Source of the DNA: Gammaproteobacteria bacterium | Lineage (GTDB): Bacteria; Pseudomonadota; Gammaproteobacteria; Eutrophobiales; Eutrophobiaceae | Direction: 5' to 3' | NCBI GenBank assembly: GCA_965243205.1 | Contig: CBDEUK010000001.1 | Span: 160,001 to 224,000 of the forward strand | DNA length: 64,000 bases | Notes under the pieces: model-generated | What the model was told of the DNA's origin: nothing | Seen by the model: the letters and a program-made list of their open reading frames with translations, nothing else | Databases searched by the model: none | Made by a program: the position numbers and the translations under genes | In this document: piece after piece, positions 59,696-64,000 of the stretch | How positions within the stretch are numbered: position 1 is the stretch's first letter | Layout: every line of letters begins with the position of its first letter

Positions 59696-60379
59696 ATGCG
59701 GCTATTACTCATAGAAGACGATAAGGAAGTCTCTAACTACGTTCATAAAGGGATGAACGAAGCAGGTCATACCATTGATGTTGCTGATAATGGCAAAGAC
59801 GGTCTATTTATGGCAACCACTGAAAAATATGATGTCATAATAGCCGATAGAATGCTGCCCGAATTGGATGGTTTAACCATTATCAAAACATTGAGGGGTG
59901 CTGATAATCAAGTCCCAGTGTTAATCTTAAGTGCTCTTGGCGACGTCGATGATCGCGTCGATGGCTTACGCTCTGGTGGCGATGATTATTTAACCAAACC
60001 ATTCGCATTCGCTGAATTACTTGCCCGTATTGAAATTTTAAGCAAACGAAATAGCACTTCTTCAAATAACGAAGTTACAAAATTACAAACTGGCGATTTA
60101 AAGATGGATCTTCTTGCAAGAAAGGTCTCTCGAGGTTCACAAAATATCGATTTACAATCAAGAGAATTTAGGTTGCTTGAATATATGCTGAGGCATAAGG
60201 GACAAGTAGTTACTCGTACAATGTTGCTTGAACATGTCTGGGATTACCATTTTGACCCTCAGACCAATGTTATTGATGTACATATCAGTCGTCTTCGCAG
60301 TAAAATTGATAAAGATTTTGATCAACAACTCATAAGAACCATCCGCGGAGCTGGCTATATCATAGAAGATGCAGGTTAG
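59696..60379 (+). CDS. OmpR-family response regulator (CusR/CopR/HprR-like)
   Basis: IEDD, DRMLP, DDYLTKPF and VWDYHFDPQTNVIDVHISRLR. Confidence 0.93.
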   Translation: MRLLLIEDDKEVSNYVHKGMNEAGHTIDVADNGKDGLFMATTEKYDVIIADRMLPELDGLTIIKTLRGADNQVPVLILSALGDVDDRVDGLRSGGDDYLTKPFAFAELLARIEILSKRNSTSSNNEVTKLQTGDLKMDLLARKVSRGSQNIDLQSREFRLLEYMLRHKGQVVTRTMLLEHVWDYHFDPQTNVIDVHISRLRSKIDKDFDQQLIRTIRGAGYIIEDAG

Positions 60380-61655
60380 AAATTATACTCGAAGTTCCAG
60401 CTTCCAAATGGCTTTATTGTTTACCATTTTATGTGGTATTGCCATTGCCATCCTTGCCTATTTCACATTTTACTTCACTCGCGGACATTTTATCGAATAC
60501 ACAGAAAATGTGATCGATACGGAAATAAAATTTATTTCCTTATTAAATGATGCTTCAAAAATGCCTGATGAGAACAGTATGGTTATTTTTGTGCCATTTA
60601 ATGAGGATGGCAGTCGACCTGAAAATATTCCTGATTCCATTTCGACTTTATCGGAAGGAACAGTTGTTTTTAAAAATGAAATTGATGGTAAGACCTATGC
60701 CGCAAAAATACACACCTTTGAAGACGGCCGTAAAATTTTAGTCGGTGTTGATATCACCATGATAGATATGGATTTCAAACTCATGGCTTGGTTAGGTAGC
60801 ATCAGTATCGTATTAATCATTATCGTTATCTTAATCAGTTATTTTTTAAGTTTCTTTGTTGTAAAAGGAACTAATAAAATTGCCAAGTCTGCGCAGGAGA
60901 TCATGGATACAGGCGACTTATCACGGCGTCTAGAAGTTACATCACGCTGGGATGACTTAGGTAATATGACAATGGTGCTGAATCGAATGTTGGATCGGTG
61001 CCAAGAACTAATGGAAGGTATTAAACAAGTTTCAAATAATATTGCGCATGATCTTCGAACACCTTTAACACGCATGCGAAATACAATCGAATCGCTTGAT
61101 AAATCTTCACCTTCACAAGAAACCCAGACCTTATTATCCGAAGCCGATCATTTATTAAACACTTTCAATGCTCTACTCAGAATTTCTCGAATAGAAACTG
61201 GAAAGCAATCAAGCAGCATGCATGAACTTTGCTTAGGTGAATTGATAAATGATGTTGTCTCATTTTACGAACCGCTAGCAGAAGAAAAATCTATTCAGTT
61301 ACTTGTCGAAACGAATGACATAGAATATTCAGGGGATAAAAATTTATTATTTCAAGCGTATGCAAACTTAGTCGACAATGCAATTAAATACACACCTCAT
61401 CATGGCATTATAAAAATCATTCAAAACACTACCGATACAAAAAAACATCAAATTACGATAGAAGATAATGGAACAGGTATCCCTGAATCTGAAATCGATA
61501 TGGTATTTGAACGTTTTTATCGCTGTGAAAAAAGCCGCAGTTCATCTGGCACAGGGCTTGGTTTAAGTTTAGTCAAAGCGGTTATTGAACTACATAAAGG
61601 CAGTATTCAACTCATCAATATTCAAAAAGGCCTAAAAATCATTACCGTATTGTAA
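60369..61655 (+). CDS. HAMP-domain sensor histidine kinase
   Basis: Two TMs, HAMP, H-box AHDLRTPL, N-box NLVDNAIKY and G boxes. Confidence 0.93.
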   Translation: MQVRNYTRSSSFQMALLFTILCGIAIAILAYFTFYFTRGHFIEYTENVIDTEIKFISLLNDASKMPDENSMVIFVPFNEDGSRPENIPDSISTLSEGTVVFKNEIDGKTYAAKIHTFEDGRKILVGVDITMIDMDFKLMAWLGSISIVLIIIVILISYFLSFFVVKGTNKIAKSAQEIMDTGDLSRRLEVTSRWDDLGNMTMVLNRMLDRCQELMEGIKQVSNNIAHDLRTPLTRMRNTIESLDKSSPSQETQTLLSEADHLLNTFNALLRISRIETGKQSSSMHELCLGELINDVVSFYEPLAEEKSIQLLVETNDIEYSGDKNLLFQAYANLVDNAIKYTPHHGIIKIIQNTTDTKKHQITIEDNGTGIPESEIDMVFERFYRCEKSRSSSGTGLGLSLVKAVIELHKGSIQLINIQKGLKIITVL

Positions 61656-61657
61656 TC
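61640..61657. promoter_or_regulatory. CusR/HprR-type palindromic operator overlapping the kinase stop codon
   Basis: ATTAC-CGTATT-GTAAT (61641-61656), a perfect ATTAC-N6-GTAAT; a one-mismatch copy lies at 59602-59617 upstream of the regulator. Confidence 0.55.
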
Positions 61658-61701
61658 ATTGAGTTAGACATTGGTAAATCAGCAATGTTGATAATCGTTT
61701 A

Positions 61702-62949
61702 ATGAAAATTGCAATTATAGGAAGTGGTATTTCAGGTTTAGGTGCTGCCTATTTACTCAACCCTGTCCATGACATTACCGTATTTGAAAAAAATGATTAT
61801 ATAGGCGGTCACAGTCGTACCCGAACTGTACGAATTGCTGATCAACAGATCCCTGTTGATACTGGATTCATTGTTTTTAATGATCAAAATTATCCTAATC
61901 TTTGTGCTTTATTTGAGTTATTAGACGTTCCCATTGAAAATAGTGATATGTCCTTTGGTGTAAGCATTAACCAGGGCGATTTGGAATACAGTTCCAATAA
62001 TATGTTGGCTCAAAAACGTAACTTATTCCGACCTAAATATTGGCGTATGTTAAAAGATGTTATTCATTTTAATAAACATGCTGAATCTTATTTAAATAGA
62101 TCAAACGAAGTTACATTAGAGCAATGTTTAAAAGAATTAAAATTAAGCGAATGGTTTAAACAATATTATCTACTTGCTATGGGGGCTGCAATATGGAGTT
62201 GTCCTGTAGAGACCATGTTAAAATTTCCAGCAAAAACATTCATACGCTTTTTTAAAAATCATGGCCTACTTACTATCAATCAACATCCACAATGGAAAAC
62301 TGTTTCAGGAGGTAGTCACGAATACATTAAACGATTAACAAAACCTTTCAGCGAAAAAATAAAGCTCAATTGTGGCGTAACTAATGTATACCTCGATGAA
62401 AACAAAATTAAAGTTGTGAATGAACAGAATGCAAGCGAAAATTTTGATCATGTAATATTTGCATGTCATGCAGACGAAGCATTGCAGATGATACAAAACA
62501 CTCCAAAAGAAATTTTTAGTGTTTTAAATCATTTTCAATATCAAAAAAATAAAATTATTTTACATTCAGATACAAGCTTCATGCCTAAAAACTTAAAATG
62601 TTGGTCTAGCTGGATTTATTTAAATGAAACTAATAATTCTAATAATAATGATGTTTCATTAAGTTATTGGATGAATAACTTACAAAATATCGATAAGAAA
62701 CATTCAATTATTATCACTTTGAATCCAGGTCGACAACCTGATACAAACCTAATACATGAAGAACATGAATTTTCCCATCCAATATTTACAAGCGATGCAA
62801 TTAATGCTCAAGAAGACATAAACAGTATACAAGGACAAAATAATTTATGGTTTTGTGGTGCCTATCAACGTTATGGTTTCCATGAAGATGGTTTATTAAG
62901 TGCTGTTAATTTAGTAAAAAAAATGGGTGTTAAAATTCCATGGCACTAA
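61702..62949 (+). CDS. FAD-dependent oxidoreductase (UfaD-like fatty acid desaturase family)
   Basis: IAIIGSGISGL, GGHSRT, VDTGFIVFN, AAIWS and GAYQRYGFHEDG. Confidence 0.88.
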   Translation: MKIAIIGSGISGLGAAYLLNPVHDITVFEKNDYIGGHSRTRTVRIADQQIPVDTGFIVFNDQNYPNLCALFELLDVPIENSDMSFGVSINQGDLEYSSNNMLAQKRNLFRPKYWRMLKDVIHFNKHAESYLNRSNEVTLEQCLKELKLSEWFKQYYLLAMGAAIWSCPVETMLKFPAKTFIRFFKNHGLLTINQHPQWKTVSGGSHEYIKRLTKPFSEKIKLNCGVTNVYLDENKIKVVNEQNASENFDHVIFACHADEALQMIQNTPKEIFSVLNHFQYQKNKIILHSDTSFMPKNLKCWSSWIYLNETNNSNNNDVSLSYWMNNLQNIDKKHSIIITLNPGRQPDTNLIHEEHEFSHPIFTSDAINAQEDINSIQGQNNLWFCGAYQRYGFHEDGLLSAVNLVKKMGVKIPWH

Positions 62950-63713
62950 CACCTCAAATATTATTTGGTAACGTCATGCATAAACGACTTAAACCAACAA
63001 TCAATCAATTTAGATATTCTATATATTATCTTGCATTACCATTATCACAATTATCCAATATACCTATTGCTTACAATCGCCCTGGATTATTAAGCTTTTA
63101 TGATAAAGATCATGGCCTATGTGATGGCACTGATTTAAAACTATGGGCAAATGACATTTTAAAACAAAAAAATTTAGATTCTTCTATCGATGAAATTGTT
63201 TTGATCTGTATGCCACGAATTTTAGGTTATGTATTCAATCCAGTAAGCTTTTGGTTATGTTTTGATAAAGAAGAAAATTTAAAATGTGTATTGTGTGAAG
63301 TACACAATACATTCGGAGAAAAACATACCTATGTATGCAATAACTCTAACCTCAACAATATAAATCAAAGAAAAATGACAGCAAATAAAGTATTCCATGT
63401 TTCGCCTTTTTTAAAACGAGATGGAGAATATGAATTTGAATTTCGATGGGATAAAGATCATTTTTCGGCTTATATAGATTATTACAGTTCTGAAGGCAGA
63501 CATTTATTAACATCATTAACTGGAGAGTTCGAAAACTTAACTAGAAGCTCAATTTTCAAAGCACTATTAATGCACCCTCTTGTTACCTTAAAAACAATTG
63601 CACTAATACATTGGCAAGCTCTGAAACTCGTATTTAAAAAGATACGATATGTAAAAAAGCCTCAACAATTAGACAAAAAAATCAGTTTCACTCAAAACCT
63701 TAATAATAATTAA
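62940..63713 (+). CDS. DUF1365 protein (UfaO-like)
   Basis: VMHKRLKP, PRILGYVFNPVSFW, EVHNTFGE, KVFHVSPF and IHWQALKL. Confidence 0.9.
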   Translation: MALTPQILFGNVMHKRLKPTINQFRYSIYYLALPLSQLSNIPIAYNRPGLLSFYDKDHGLCDGTDLKLWANDILKQKNLDSSIDEIVLICMPRILGYVFNPVSFWLCFDKEENLKCVLCEVHNTFGEKHTYVCNNSNLNNINQRKMTANKVFHVSPFLKRDGEYEFEFRWDKDHFSAYIDYYSSEGRHLLTSLTGEFENLTRSSIFKALLMHPLVTLKTIALIHWQALKLVFKKIRYVKKPQQLDKKISFTQNLNNN

Positions 63714-63729
63714 TTGTAGAGTAATCATT

Positions 63730-64000
63730 ATGATAATCACACACTCAGATAATCTTAAAATGCTTAATAAATCTACCGCACAGAAATTGCTTTCACATCT
63801 AGATAAACTAGAGAAAGGCAATCTAAAGCTAACCACTCCTGATGGCCAAAATTATGAGTTTTCTGGGAGCCAGCCAGGTTATTCTGCCAATATTATTGTC
63901 AATAAATGGACTGTATTTTCCAATATAGCCTTAAGAGGAGATATTGGGTTTGCTGAAGATTATCGTGATGGCAATTGGCACTCAAATAATGTCAAAGATT
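63730..64000 (+). CDS. cyclopropane-fatty-acyl-phospholipid synthase family methyltransferase (UfaM/Cfa-like), 3'-truncated
   Basis: Not in the ORF track. Open frame to the window end: ...GNLKLTTPDG...RGDIGFAEDYRDGNW, the typical Cfa-family N-terminus; follows DUF1365. Confidence 0.8.
   Translation, partial: MIITHSDNLKMLNKSTAQKLLSHLDKLEKGNLKLTTPDGQNYEFSGSQPGYSANIIVNKWTVFSNIALRGDIGFAEDYRDGNWHSNNVKD

Overview
AT-rich gammaproteobacterial chromosomal segment, mostly core genes in familiar order: ffh-ypjD-corB, radA-alr-dnaB-rplI-rpsR-rpsF, bioA-rlmB-rnr, purA-hisZ-hflCKX-hfq-miaA-mutL-amiB-tsaE-nnr-orn and recR-ybaB-dnaX-ffs. Three accessory blocks stand out. (1) 46.3-50.5 kb: eight co-oriented small genes. 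Four consecutive genes, and probably six, are bracketed by mutually complementary GTTRRRY / RYYYAAC integron-cassette core sites, with 7-13 bp exact complementarity across each of the four. The attC sites between them have shrunk to 14-48 bp and no integrase is in the window, so this looks like a collapsed or domesticated cassette array that includes a DUF4062 candidate defence gene. (2) 17.9-22.6 kb: a DUF1800-DUF1501 operon followed by two paralogous PEP-CTERM-type surface proteins, sitting between purA and rnr. (3) 59.7-64 kb: a CusR/HprR-like two-component system with a palindromic operator-like site in the kinase stop codon, directly before a ufaD-ufaO-ufaM-like (furan/cyclopropane fatty acid) operon. 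Also present are an SRP RNA, an S6:S18 leader, a frameshifted alpha/beta hydrolase, an RND pump, a TonB-dependent receptor and two c-type cytochromes. All calls come from motif recognition by eye; no database searches were run.
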